In this document: one piece after another, positions 1-11,311 of the stretch
Layout of the letters: each line of letters begins with the position of its first letter
Position numbering within the stretch: the first letter of the stretch is position 1
Source of the DNA: Anaeromyxobacter sp.
Lineage (GTDB): Bacteria; Myxococcota; Myxococcia; Myxococcales; Anaeromyxobacteraceae
DNA: 64,000 nt
Assembly (NCBI GenBank): GCA_049840735.1
Contig: JASGJN010000006.1
Location: 34,079 to 98,078 of the forward strand
Reading direction: 5' to 3'
Notes under the pieces: model-generated
Told to the model about the DNA's origin: nothing
What the model saw: the letters and a program-made list of their open reading frames with translations, nothing else
Databases searched by the model: none
Translations under genes and position numbers: made by a program

Positions 1-211
1 CGTGTAGCCGGCGGCGGCCGTGGCGGCGCCGAGCCGGATCCAGGCGGGGGGCGGGCCGGGTGGTGCTGCCGGTCCGGCGTCTGTGGAGAGGCTGGCCAAT
101 GGGCGATTCCGCGCACCCAGTGTGACGGATGGCTCCCGACCAGGGCAAGCAGGGGAGGCCAGGGACCCTCGAACCTGTGACCTCGCCTCTCCGGACGCTG
201 GGACGCGGGTC

Positions 212-679
212 TCAGCGGCGCGCGCGGGCCGGGCCGGCGGTGGGCGCGGCGGCCGGGACGGCGCCGAGCCGGGCCATCACCGCGCGCCAGCCCTCCGAGG
301 CGGCCGGACCGGTGGCGCCGAAGGCGGCGGCGAAGCGGCGCCGCTGCGAGCCGGAGAGGCGCCGCTCCAGGCGGGCCCCCTCCGCGGTCAGGGCCAGCCG
401 CTTGCGGCGGCGGTTCTCCGGCACCGGGCTGGTGGCCAGGAGCCCCTGCGCCACCAGCTCGCGCAGGGGGCGCGCCAGGGCCTGCTTGCTCACGCCCAGC
501 ACGCGGGTCAGGTCGCCGGGACCCAGGCCGGGGTTGCGGCGGACGAAGTACAGGATCCGGTGGTGGACCCGCGACAGCCCGCGCTGGGCCAGCACCCGGT
601 CGGGCTCGGACGTGAGGGCCCGGTAGGCGAAGAAGAGGAGCGCCTGCGCGTCGTCGAGCCCGTCATTTCGGTCAACCAT
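212..679 (-). CDS. MarR-family transcriptional regulator (PetP-like)
   Basis: 155 aa; LLFFAYRALT...RVHHRILYFV, wHTH segment VSKQALARPLRELVAQGLL, wing ENRRRKRLALTAEG; divergent from ilvE. Confidence 0.9.
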   Translation of the reverse strand: MVDRNDGLDDAQALLFFAYRALTSEPDRVLAQRGLSRVHHRILYFVRRNPGLGPGDLTRVLGVSKQALARPLRELVAQGLLATSPVPENRRRKRLALTAEGARLERRLSGSQRRRFAAAFGATGPAASEGWRAVMARLGAVPAAAPTAGPARARR

Positions 680-726
680 GTTGACGTTTCCCCGGCGGCC
701 CGCTTTGATGAGTCAACCACGTTGAC
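671..726. promoter_or_regulatory. Two copies of the palindrome GTCAAC-N3-GTTGAC (671-685, 712-726); probable MarR operator
   Basis: GTCAACCATGTTGAC and GTCAACCACGTTGAC, each followed by GTTT; first copy overlaps the marR start codon. Confidence 0.75.
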
Positions 727-779
727 GTTTTCGGCGGCCCGGGCTCCACCCTAGCACCGGGCCGGCCAGGAGCGAACCC

Positions 780-1842
780 ATGCAGATCCCGGTCGAGCGC
801 ACCCGGAGCCCCCGTCCCCGCGTCCCCGACGCCGAGCTGGGCTTCGGCCGGGTGTTCACCGACCACCTGCTGCGCCTTCACTGGACCGAGGCCCAGGGCT
901 GGCACGGCGCCCGGATTGTCCCCTACGGCAGCCTGGCCCTCGACCCGGCCGCCTCGGTCCTGCACTACGGCCAGTCCATCTTCGAGGGCGTGAAGGTGTT
1001 CCGCGGGCCCGGCGGCGCCCCGGCGCTGTTCCGGCCCGGCGCCCACGCGGCCCGGTTCGCCGCCAGCGCCCGCCGGCTGGTGATGCCGCCGCTGGATCCG
1101 GCGCTGCTGGTGGAGGGTGTGAAGGCGCTGGTGCGCACCGATTCTCGACTGGCTGCCCTCGGCGCCGGGCACCGCCATCTACGTCCGCCCGGTGATGTTC
1201 GCCACCGAGGGCGCGCTGGGCGTGCGCCCGGCCCGGGCCTACACCACCCTGGTCTTCCTCTCGCCGGTGGGCGCCTACTTCTCCGGCCCGCCCCGGCCGC
1301 TGCGCATCTGGGTGGAGCGGGCCCGGGCGCGCGCCGCCGCCGGCGGCATCGGCGCCGCCAAGACCTCGGCCAACTACGTGGCCAGCCTGCTGGCGGCGGA
1401 GGAGGCCAAGGCGCGCGGCTTCGACCAGGTGCTCTGGCTGGACGGCGCCGAGCACCGGTGGCTGGAGGAGATTGGCACCATGAACGTGTTCGCGCGGCTG
1501 GGCGACACCCTGGTCACGCCGCCGCTCTCCGGGACCATCCTGGCCGGCGTCACCCGCGACTCGGTGCTGCAGCTCTGCCGCGACCTGGGGCTCCACGCCG
1601 AGGAGCGGCCGCTGGCGCTGGAGGAGCTGGTCCGCGCCCACGGCGAGGGGCGGCTGGTCGAGCTGTTCGGCACCGGCACGGCTGCGGTGGTGGCCCCCAT
1701 CGGCGAGCTGGCCTGGGAGGGCCAGACGCTGCCCCTGCCTGCCCCCGGGCCCGGGAGCGTCGGCGAGCGGCTGCGCCAGGCGCTCGTCTCCATCCAGCGC
1801 GGCGAGGCGCCGGACCGGCATGGTTGGGTGGAAGGGATTTGA
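780..1842 (+). CDS. ilvE: Branched-chain amino acid aminotransferase (one +1 frameshift at ~1142, probably a sequencing error)
   Basis: LGFGRVFTDH, LHYGQSIFEGVK, AKTSANY, EEIGTMN, ILAGVTRDS, FGTGTAAVV; removing one T at GATTC 1140-1144 joins ORFs 780 and 1192. Confidence 0.9.
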
Positions 1843-1941
1843 CCAGGCCCCAGGGCTCCAGGCCTCGGCAGAAGAGGCGCCCCCCCGCGCCAGCTGCTCC
1901 CCGCGTGTCCGCACCCCCCGGCGCGGCCGCGCGGCCCTCGC

Positions 1942-2280
1942 TCAGGCGACGGCCAGCGGCCGGTCCTTGAGCGGGTTGCCCGCGAGATCGAGCAGGCTGA
2001 GGTGCATCTCCAGCGAGCGGAGCACGGCCTTCACCGCCCCCTCGCAGGTGCAGCGCTCCACCTGGCGCTCGAGGTGCTCGAGCTGCTCGGGATTGGCGTG
2101 CACCGTGAAGACCACCTGCTTCGCGGCCCGGCCCCGCCGCTTGCACCACTCGATCAGCGCCGCCGCGGCGTCGCGCAGCTGCGGCTCGATCGCGTCCTCG
2201 CCGTGGACGGCTATCGTCACGGCGAGCGAGTAGTCCTTGCTGAACAGGCCAGACCGCCTCGTGAACTCCATCACGTCCAT
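1942..2280 (-). CDS. Hypothetical protein (112 aa)
   Basis: ATG at 2280 with a GGAGG RBS upstream; host-like codon usage; no recognised motif. Confidence 0.65.
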   Translation of the reverse strand: MDVMEFTRRSGLFSKDYSLAVTIAVHGEDAIEPQLRDAAAALIEWCKRRGRAAKQVVFTVHANPEQLEHLERQVERCTCEGAVKAVLRSLEMHLSLLDLAGNPLKDRPLAVA

Positions 2281-2423
2281 CTGGCGCCTCCCGGATGAGG
2301 CGCAGCCTAGCACCGCATCACGGTGGGTGCGACCATCTGTTCGTCTGCGGCGACGCGGCACGCGCCAAGTGGTGTGTCCGCCGGGGCAATTCCCGCTCGC
2401 GCCCCGGACCAGGCCTACGCGGG

Positions 2424-3608
2424 TCAGCTCCCGAGGGCAGCGGGGATCCTGTCGTTGAGTGTGGTTGTCGTCACCACCTCACCGCCGCGCACGTACAGCC
2501 GCGGCACGCGCGCGGTGATCGAGGCCAGGATCTCCCAGGAGATGGTGTCGGCCAGCGCGGCCAGCTCGTCCGCGTCCACCTGCTCGTCGCCGTCGCGGCC
2601 GAGCAGCGTGACCACGTCGCCCTCCTGCACCCCGGGCACGGCGGTCACGTCCACCACGCACATGTCCATGGCCACGCGGCCGATCACCGGCACGCGCCGC
2701 CCGCCCACCAGCGCGTGCGCCCGGTTGCCCAGCGCGCGGCGGTAGCCGTCGGCGTAGCCGCACATCACCAGCGCCACGCGCGAGGGGCGCGAGGCGGCCC
2801 ACATGCGGCCGTAGCCGACGGTGGCGCCGCGCTCCAGCGCGGTGACGCGCGCCACCCGGGCCCGGAGCGCCAGCGCGGGGCGCAGGTCCAGCTCGGTGCC
2901 GCACCAGGGCGCCGGCTTGTAGCCGTACATGGAGAGGCCGGTGCGGACCGCCTCCAGCGCCATCTCGTGGTCCAGCAGCACGCTCGCCGAGGCGGAGCAG
3001 TGGCGCTCGGGGACCCAGGGCACGCGGCGAGAGGTGTCGCGCAGGATCTCGAACTGGCGACGGGTGAAGCGCTGGTCGCCCTCCTCCGCCGCGGCGAAGT
3101 GGGTGAAGAGCCCCTCCACCTGCAGGCCGGGGAGCGCGCGGGCCTGCTCCGCCAGCGCCACCAGCGCGTCGGGGGGCAGGCCGTGGCGGTTGAGCCCGGT
3201 CTCCAGCTCGAGGTGGATGGGGACGGTCACGCCGCGCCGGACGCCGGCGGCCGAGAGCGCCTCCACCTGGTCCAGCGCCCCCACCGCCGGCTTGAGCCGC
3301 AGGGCGGCCACCCGGTCGGCGTCGGAGGCGGGCGTGTGGCCCACCACCAGCACCGGCGCGGTCACGCCGGCGCGCCGGAGCTCCTCGCCCTCGTCCACGC
3401 AGACCACGGCCAGGCCGTGCGCGCCCGCGGCCAGCGCGGCCTGGCCCACGGCCACCGCGCCGTGCCCGTAGGCGTTGGCCTTGACCACGGCGTAGAGGCG
3501 CGCCGGCGCGGCGCGCGCCGCGAGCAGCGCGACGTTGTGCGAGATGGCGTCGAGGTCGATCTCGGCCCAGACCGGCCGGCCGCCCCAGGCGGAAGGAGAG
3601 CGCGACAT
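2424..3608 (-). CDS. alr: Alanine racemase
   Basis: PLP lysine motif AVVKANAYGHG, ETGLNRHG, GYADGY, GRVAMD, TISWEI. Confidence 0.95.
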   Translation of the reverse strand: MSRSPSAWGGRPVWAEIDLDAISHNVALLAARAAPARLYAVVKANAYGHGAVAVGQAALAAGAHGLAVVCVDEGEELRRAGVTAPVLVVGHTPASDADRVAALRLKPAVGALDQVEALSAAGVRRGVTVPIHLELETGLNRHGLPPDALVALAEQARALPGLQVEGLFTHFAAAEEGDQRFTRRQFEILRDTSRRVPWVPERHCSASASVLLDHEMALEAVRTGLSMYGYKPAPWCGTELDLRPALALRARVARVTALERGATVGYGRMWAASRPSRVALVMCGYADGYRRALGNRAHALVGGRRVPVIGRVAMDMCVVDVTAVPGVQEGDVVTLLGRDGDEQVDADELAALADTISWEILASITARVPRLYVRGGEVVTTTTLNDRIPAALGS

Positions 3609-3665
3609 GGGGCGGCATGATACAGGGCCGCCCGGTTCCGTGCAGGGCGTGCGGAGGCCTGGCCG

Positions 3666-4133
3666 CTACCCGGCCATCAGCAGGGCGCCGCCGCGCGCCA
3701 GGTATGCCTCCACCCCGTGCCCGCCGTGCGTCAGCACGTCGGCCACGTAGGCGTCCCGCTCGGCCGTCACGATCCGCAGGTTCCAGACGTCGAGCCCCTC
3801 GCCGTCGCGCGCCTCGCGCCAGGCCATGCCGGCCCGGGTGAAGGTCCGCATGGCCAGCTCGTTCTCGCGGTCCCACCAGGCCACCACCACGTAGTCGGCG
3901 TCGCGCCCCTGGTGCTCGATCATGAACCCCACCCCGGGCCGCTCGGCGGTGACGGCCGGGGCCGGCAGGGCCGCCAGGGCCAGGTCCACGCCGCGGGCGA
4001 AGCGCGACTCGTCGAAGCTCGCGCCCGGCAGCGTGAGCGTGTAGCGGCGCAGCTTGAAGCCCCCGGCCAGCTCGAACAGGCCGCGGTACGCCGTGGGACG
4101 GGCGCGGAAGGGGTGGTGGACGCGGAAGCTCAC
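3666..4133 (-). CDS. Hypothetical protein, probably co-transcribed with hmgA
   Basis: 155 aa ORF starting 12 nt after the hmgA stop; GFMIEHQG...YVVVAWW..ENEL..DVWNL looks like a conserved folded domain. Confidence 0.7.
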   Translation of the reverse strand: MSFRVHHPFRARPTAYRGLFELAGGFKLRRYTLTLPGASFDESRFARGVDLALAALPAPAVTAERPGVGFMIEHQGRDADYVVVAWWDRENELAMRTFTRAGMAWREARDGEGLDVWNLRIVTAERDAYVADVLTHGGHGVEAYLARGGALLMAG

Positions 4134-4145
4134 GGTCAGTCCTCC

Positions 4146-5301
<1,156 letters not shown>

Positions 5302-5314
5302 GCGGCCCCGGGCG

Positions 5315-6494
5315 CTAGGCCCGCCCCTCGCGCGCCTGCTCGCGCTCGATGGACTCGAACAGCGCGCGGAAGTTGCCCGCGCCGAAGCCCTGGTCGCCCT
5401 TGCGCTGGATGATTCTCGAAGAAGAACGGGCCGGCGGCGGCCTCGTGGTACAGGCCGGCCGCCTCGCGCAGGAAGATCTGCAGCAGGTAGGCGCCCGGGC
5501 CGGCGCCGTCCACCAGGATCTGCAGCTCCTGCAGCAGCGGGATCTCCTCGTCGATGCGCCCGATGCCGGTGCGCTGGATGCGCTCCGGCAGCGCCTCGTA
5601 GTAGGTGGCCGGCGTGGGCATGAACTCGACGCCGCGGCCGCGCAGCCCGCGCACCGCGCCCAGGATGTCGGCCACGGTCAGGGCCGCGTGCTGGATGCCG
5701 TCGCCGCGGTGATCCTCGTTGAAGACGTTGATCTGCGAGGACTTGAAGGCCGGGCGCCAGGGCTCGTTGTTCGCGAACTTCACGCCGGAGCGCGCGTCGC
5801 GCATCACCACCGAGCGCAGGCCCGAGCCCTGCTGCGCCTGCAGCGCCTGGCGGCGCCCCTCGGCGGCGTCGCGGGTGTGGAACTGCACCTCCCAGGACTC
5901 CTCCAGCCCCAGCACGTGCTCCATCCAGAGCAGCGCCGGCTTCATGGTCTGGAAGTTGGAGGTGAGGTGGTCGATGGCGCCGAAGCCGAAGGCGTTCCGC
6001 CCGCCCTCCGGCCTCGCCAGGGCCGCGATCCCCGGGTACGGCGACCGGAAGCCGCGCCGCTCCACGAAGCGGAAGGTGGTGTCGCCGAAGGGCGTGGTGA
6101 TGTGGAAGGCGCGGAGCGTGCCGCCGTCGTCCTGGTGCTCGATCACGTCGGTGATGGGCGTGCCGCCGCGCTCCTCCAGCAGGCGGAAGGCGCGCTCGGC
6201 GTCCTCCACCTCGAAGACCACCGAGCCGATGCCGTCGGGGTGCTTGCGGAGCCAGCGGAAGGCCCGCCCGCCGTCGCCCTTCGGCTCGGAGCAGACGATG
6301 CGGACCGCGCCCGCCTCGAACACCGCCGAGCGCTGGTGGCCCTCGGCCTCCAGCGCCGGGGTGCTGCGCGCCACCTCGGCGAAGTCGAGCCGGTCGGTGT
6401 AGAAGCGGCGGCTCCGCTCCAGGTCGTGGACGTAGGTGTGGAGGGCCTCGATGCGGACCAGGCCCAGGGGCTCGAGGCGTTCGCGGGTGGTCAC
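5315..6494 (-). CDS. hppD: 4-hydroxyphenylpyruvate dioxygenase (frameshift at ~5413)
   Basis: IDHLT, GIQHAAL, YLLQIF, and [28 protein letters not shown] after removing one base. Confidence 0.92.
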
Positions 6495-7156
6495 CTGTTC
6501 CTCCGTTCCGGCGGCGGCGCGTCCGGCTGGTGTTCGGCGTGGGCGGCCTGGAAGGCCGGCAGCGCCTGGCAGGCCTCCTCGATGCGGAGCAGCGCGGGGA
6601 AGGCGGAGAGCTCGACCTCGAAGCGGCGGGCGGCGGCCAGCTGCGGGACGAGGTAGCAGTCGGCCAGGCCCGGGGCGTCGCCGTGGCAGAAGCGGCCGGC
6701 GCCGCCGTCCGAGACGGCCCGCTCCAGCCCGGCCAGCCCCTCGGTGACGAAGCGCCGGGCCCAGGCCTTGTCCGAGCCGGGCTCGCGCTCGCGGAGCGTC
6801 CGCAGCACCACCGCGTTGTGCAGCGGCTGGATGCCGGAGTTGACGTGCTCGGCCAGCGCCCGCACCCGGGCGCGCCCCCAGGGGTCGGCCGGCAGCAGCG
6901 GCGGCGCCGGGAACCGCTCCTCCAGCCACTCCAGGATGGCCATCGACTGCACCAGCCGGCGCACCGGCCCGCCCTCCTCCACCTCCAGCACCGGGATCTG
7001 CGCCAGCGGGCTGCGCGCGCGGTGCTCGGGCTGGTACTGCTCGAGCGCCAGCAGGTCCACCGGGCGGGTCTCGTAGGGGAGCCCCTTGAGCCCGAGGCCG
7101 ATGCGCACGCGCCAGGCGGAGGAGGAGCGCCAGTAGGAGTAGAGGCGCAGCGTCAC
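6491..7156 (-). CDS. maiA: Maleylacetoacetate isomerase (GST zeta)
   Basis: LYSYWRSSSAWRVRIGL, QSMAILEWLEE, SGIQPLHN, LADCYLVPQ; GTGA overlaps with both neighbours. Confidence 0.93.
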   Translation of the reverse strand: MTLRLYSYWRSSSAWRVRIGLGLKGLPYETRPVDLLALEQYQPEHRARSPLAQIPVLEVEEGGPVRRLVQSMAILEWLEERFPAPPLLPADPWGRARVRALAEHVNSGIQPLHNAVVLRTLREREPGSDKAWARRFVTEGLAGLERAVSDGGAGRFCHGDAPGLADCYLVPQLAAARRFEVELSAFPALLRIEEACQALPAFQAAHAEHQPDAPPPERRNR

Positions 7157-8130
7157 CGGGCCTCCACCACGCGCTGGGCGATGGCGCCGAAGAGGTCGCG
7201 GCCGGCCGCGTCGCGCATCTCCAGCTCCACCGTGTCGCCCGCCTGCATGAACCGGGTCCGCGCGGCGCCGCCGTCGATCATCTCCAGCGCCCGCACCTCG
7301 GCGATGCAGGACCAGCCCCGCGCGCGGTCGGTGTTCGACACGGTGCCGCTGCCGAGTATGGTGCCGGCGGTGAAGGCGCGGGTCCGCGCCACGTGCTCCA
7401 CCAGCTGGAGGAAGGAGAAGTGCATCTCGCCGGCGTCGGCGCTGCCGACCACCTGGCCGTTCCAGCGCACGGTCAGCGGCAGGTGGACGCGGCCGTCTCG
7501 CCAGGCCGGCCCCAGCTCGTCGGGCGTGACGGCGAACGGGGAGAAGGCGGTGGCCGGCTTGGACTGGAAGAAGCCGAACCCCTTGGCCAGCTCGCCGGGC
7601 ACGAGGTGCCGGAGCGTGATGTCGTTGGCCAGGCAGAGGAGCCGGACGTGGCGCGCCGCGTCGGCCGCCCTGGTGCCCAGCGGGACGTCGCCCAGGATGC
7701 AGCAGACCTCCCCCTCGAAGTCGAGCCCCCAGGTCACGTCGGGCAGCGCCAGGTCCTGCGTGGGTGCCAGCAGCACGCCCGAGCCGCCCTGGTAGATGAG
7801 CGGGTCGGTCTCGAGCGTGGGCGGCGGCTCGGCGCCGCGCGCGCGGCGCACCCGGCGCACGTGCTCCAGGAAGGCCGAGCCGTCGATCCACTCGTACGCG
7901 CGAGGGAGCGGGGAGAGGAGCGCCCGGGGGTCGAGCGGCTCGCCGTCCACGTCCCCGGCGTCGAGCGTGGCGGCCAGCGCCCGCAGCGAGGCCTCGCAGT
8001 GCGCCCAGCGGTCCAGCGCGTCCTGCAGCGTGCGCGCGACGCCCGTCGCGTCCAGCACGGCGTCGCCGTCCCGGCGCACCACCACCAGCCGCCCATCGCG
8101 GGTCCCGTCCCTGAGCGTTGCGAGGCGCAT
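7153..8130 (-). CDS. Fumarylacetoacetate hydrolase family protein
   Basis: MRLATLRDGTRDGRLVVV, PLPRAYEWIDGSAF, DFEGE, NDITLR, FFQSKP, GSGTVSN. Confidence 0.9.
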   Translation of the reverse strand: MRLATLRDGTRDGRLVVVRRDGDAVLDATGVARTLQDALDRWAHCEASLRALAATLDAGDVDGEPLDPRALLSPLPRAYEWIDGSAFLEHVRRVRRARGAEPPPTLETDPLIYQGGSGVLLAPTQDLALPDVTWGLDFEGEVCCILGDVPLGTRAADAARHVRLLCLANDITLRHLVPGELAKGFGFFQSKPATAFSPFAVTPDELGPAWRDGRVHLPLTVRWNGQVVGSADAGEMHFSFLQLVEHVARTRAFTAGTILGSGTVSNTDRARGWSCIAEVRALEMIDGGAARTRFMQAGDTVELEMRDAAGRDLFGAIAQRVVEAR

Positions 8131-8268
8131 CTGAGCGCAACGTACTAACCGCCGCAGCCCCAGGCGGCGCGCGCCCGCGGCGCGAAAAATGGGGGCCGCT
8201 CTCGGCGCAGTGCGTTGCGGCAGGCCCCCGGCCGTGGCTAGAAAGCCAGGACGCTCGAGGCCCGACGC

Positions 8269-9432
8269 TTGTCCCTGACGCTCACCGTGCACGACGCCAT
8301 CGCGGAGGTCCCGGCCGAAGCCTGGGACGCCCTGCACGCGCACGAGCCCGACCGGGCCAGCCCCTTCGTCCGCCACGCCTTCCTGCGGGCGGCGGAGGAG
8401 AGCGGCTCGGCCTCGCCGCGCCACGGCTGGTCGCCGCGCCACCTGGTGCTCCGCCGTGGGCGCGAGCTGGTGGCGGCCGCGCCGGCCTACGCGCGCAGCG
8501 CCTCGGACGGCGACTTCGGTCGCGACTGGGAGTGGGCGGCCGCGGCCGGGCAGGCGGGGTTGAGCTACTACCCGAAGCTGGTGGTGGGCATCCCCTTCAC
8601 CCCGGCCACCGGGCGGCGCGCGCTGGTGGCGCCGGGCGAGGACCGGGGGAGCCTCACCGCGGCGCTGGTGGAGGGGGCGCTGCGGCGCTGCCGGGACGAG
8701 GGGCTCTCCGGGCTCCACGTGCTGTTCCCTGCGGAGGACGAGGCCGCGGCGCTGGAGGCCGCCGGCCTGGCGGTGCGGGTGGACTTCCAGTACCACTGGC
8801 GCAACGAGGGCTACCGCACGCCGGACGACTTCCTGGCCCGCTTCCCCTCCAAGCGGCGCAACAGCCTGCGCCGCGAGCGGGCCGCGCCGGCGGGGCAGGG
8901 GATCGCGATCCGCACGGTGCGCGGCGAGGAGCTTGGGCGGGACCCCGGGGGCTGGGCCCGCGAGTGCTTCGCGCTCCACCGGGCCAGCACCGACCGGATG
9001 ACCTGGGGCATGCGGTTCGTGAACCGCGCCTTCTACGAGCGCGTGCTCACCGGGATGCCGGACGCCGTCGAGGTGGTGGAGGCGCGGCGCGAGGGGAGGC
9101 TGGTGGGGATGGCCTTCAACCTGGCCTCACCCCGGGTGCTCTACGGACGGTACTGGGGGTGCGTGGAGGACCACCCGTTCCTGCACTTCAACGTGGCGCT
9201 CTACCACTCCATCGACGAGTGCATCCGGCGCGGCGTGGACCGGTTCGAGGGAGGCGCCGGGGGCGAGCACAAGCTCTCGCGCGGGTTCGAGCCGGCGCTG
9301 ACGTACAGCGGGCACGCGTTCCTCGATCACCGGCTCGATCGCTCGCTGCGGCGCCACCTGGCGCTGGAGAGGGCCCAGCGGGTGGCCGCGCTGGGGCGGT
9401 GGCGCGAGGAGCACCCGCGGCTGGGCGGCTGA
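8269..9432 (+). CDS. GNAT/FemAB-like protein (DUF482 type)
   Basis: YYPKLVVGIPFTPATG, QYHWRNEGY, LYGRYWG, LHFN..LYH.ID, FEGGAGGEHKLSRGF. Confidence 0.88.
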   Translation: MSLTLTVHDAIAEVPAEAWDALHAHEPDRASPFVRHAFLRAAEESGSASPRHGWSPRHLVLRRGRELVAAAPAYARSASDGDFGRDWEWAAAAGQAGLSYYPKLVVGIPFTPATGRRALVAPGEDRGSLTAALVEGALRRCRDEGLSGLHVLFPAEDEAAALEAAGLAVRVDFQYHWRNEGYRTPDDFLARFPSKRRNSLRRERAAPAGQGIAIRTVRGEELGRDPGGWARECFALHRASTDRMTWGMRFVNRAFYERVLTGMPDAVEVVEARREGRLVGMAFNLASPRVLYGRYWGCVEDHPFLHFNVALYHSIDECIRRGVDRFEGGAGGEHKLSRGFEPALTYSGHAFLDHRLDRSLRRHLALERAQRVAALGRWREEHPRLGG

Positions 9433-9436
9433 CGGC

Positions 9437-11287
9437 TCAGTACACCGCGCCCGCCGAGGCGGCGGCGCCCAGGGGCTGGCCGCGCTGGTCCTTCGCCGGC
9501 GGGTGCACGGGGCCGATCTGGAACTCGATCGACTCCATCACCACGTTGTCGCCCAGCGGCCCGTCCTCGAAGCCGGCCCAGAAGTCGTCGCCCAGCCCCG
9601 GGCGCCCGGTGGCGGCCACCAGCGCGGCGTCGAGGTCGGACCAGAAGGCCAGCCAGGGCGCGTTCTCCGCGTTGGAGGGCCAGGACTGGCTGGGGCCGTG
9701 GAAGGTCACGCCGGTGGGGTCGGCCAGGTCCGGCGCGAAGTCCGGGCCGAGCTGGCCGGGCTCGCGCAGCCGGGCCAGCAGCAGCGCCAGGAAGTCGTCC
9801 ACCCCACCGACCACCTGGTAGCCGAGCTGACGGACCGTGACCGCCTCGCTGCCCGGCGGGACGGTGCCGGCCGAGGCCGGGCCGGGCGGATACCAGGCCA
9901 CCGACGGCTGGCCGGCGTCCACGCCGGCGGAGGTGAAGGCGGTGGGCTGCGCGCCGGCCAGGTCCAGCGCGTCGGCCGCGGCCACGCCCTCGGCGTCGCC
10001 ATTCACCGGGAAGTGGCGGCGCGCCAGCGAGGTCCACCAGGGGATGGGCGCCAGGAGGTGCGAGGCGTCCAGCACGCCCACCCGGTTGCGGCCGGCGCTG
10101 TAGAGGTTGACCAGCGAGCCGGTGAAGAGGTCGTCGGCCTCGCCGGCCACGGTGTTGCCGGCGATGACGTCGGCGCGGAGCGCCATGTCCTCGACGGTGT
10201 GGGCGTCGCCGATGGTGGCCGCCACGCCCCCGCCGCCCATGTTGGGCGCGCCGTTGAAGGTGGCGGGCGCGCCCGTCACGGCGTTCTCGGCGATGGTGCA
10301 GTGCGAGAGCGAGAGGGCGCCGTTGGACATGTAGACGCCGCCGCCGCGGTAGTAGAACTGGAAGCGGACGTCCTCGGCCACCTCGGCCAGGTCCTCCACC
10401 GCGTTGCGCGCCACCGTGCAGGCCGACACCAGCAGCCGCTGCGCGTGGCCCGGGCCGCCGCCGTCGGTGTAGACGCCGCCGCCATAGGCGTGCTGGCCGG
10501 TGACGCGGTTGCCGGTGACGGCGGAGCGGTGGAGCTGCGAGCCGGGGGCGCCGGCGCGGGCGCCGCCCACCGAGTAGAGGCCGCCGCCGGCGGCGCCGAA
10601 GCCGGAGACGGCGTTGCCGCCGACGGTCGAGTCCTCCAGCCAGAGCGAGTCGGCGTAGATCCCGCCGCCGAACGCGCCGCGGTCGCGGCTGGGGGAGCGA
10701 TCGCCGTCGGCGCGGTTCCCGACCACCGCGCAGCGGCGCAGCGTGGCGGTGCCCCACACGGCCAGGCCGCCGCCCCGGGCCAGCGTGTAGGGCTGGGCGG
10801 TGTCGTCGCGCGCCACCGCCTCGGCGCGGCCGTCGCGCACCGTCACGCCGATGAGCTCCAGGTCGCCGCGGACCGACAGGACGCGGGCGGGCTCGTCGCC
10901 GGCCCAGGCCAGGGTCAGGCCGTGGGGCAGGGCGGAGGCGTCGATGCGCACGTCGCGGTCCACGTGCAGCGCCGACGCGCCGTAGTCGCGGTCCTGGAAG
11001 CCCTGGAACGTCCAGCGTCCGGCCGCGAAGGTGAAGACCTCGCCCTGCAGCAGCGCGTGGCGCTCGCCCACCAGGCGCAGCGCGATGGTGCCGCCGTCGA
11101 GGCCGGGCGCGAAGGTGACGGTGCCGCCCGCGGGCGTGGCCGCCAGCGCCCCCCGGAGCGTCTGCTGGCCGGCGGGCGGAGGATCGACGTCCTCCAGCGT
11201 GGTGACCACCGACGGCGACGGCGCGGTGGACCCGGAGTGGCAGGCGGACAGGAGCAGCGCCAGCGCGGCCAGGCAGGATTGGTTCAC
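9437..11287 (-). CDS. Lipoprotein with parallel beta-helix (GGG-hydrophobic repeats) and a choice-of-anchor-Q-like C-terminus
   Basis: Lipobox LLSAC; repeats GGGLAV/GGGIY/GGGLY/GGGVY/GGGVY/GGGVA spaced by N-x-V/A turns; C-terminal DQRG...AGAVY. Confidence 0.7.
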   Translation of the reverse strand: MNQSCLAALALLLSACHSGSTAPSPSVVTTLEDVDPPPAGQQTLRGALAATPAGGTVTFAPGLDGGTIALRLVGERHALLQGEVFTFAAGRWTFQGFQDRDYGASALHVDRDVRIDASALPHGLTLAWAGDEPARVLSVRGDLELIGVTVRDGRAEAVARDDTAQPYTLARGGGLAVWGTATLRRCAVVGNRADGDRSPSRDRGAFGGGIYADSLWLEDSTVGGNAVSGFGAAGGGLYSVGGARAGAPGSQLHRSAVTGNRVTGQHAYGGGVYTDGGGPGHAQRLLVSACTVARNAVEDLAEVAEDVRFQFYYRGGGVYMSNGALSLSHCTIAENAVTGAPATFNGAPNMGGGGVAATIGDAHTVEDMALRADVIAGNTVAGEADDLFTGSLVNLYSAGRNRVGVLDASHLLAPIPWWTSLARRHFPVNGDAEGVAAADALDLAGAQPTAFTSAGVDAGQPSVAWYPPGPASAGTVPPGSEAVTVRQLGYQVVGGVDDFLALLLARLREPGQLGPDFAPDLADPTGVTFHGPSQSWPSNAENAPWLAFWSDLDAALVAATGRPGLGDDFWAGFEDGPLGDNVVMESIEFQIGPVHPPAKDQRGQPLGAAASAGAVY

Positions 11288-11311
11288 GGTGGGACCCCCA
11301 GGGGCAGCAGC

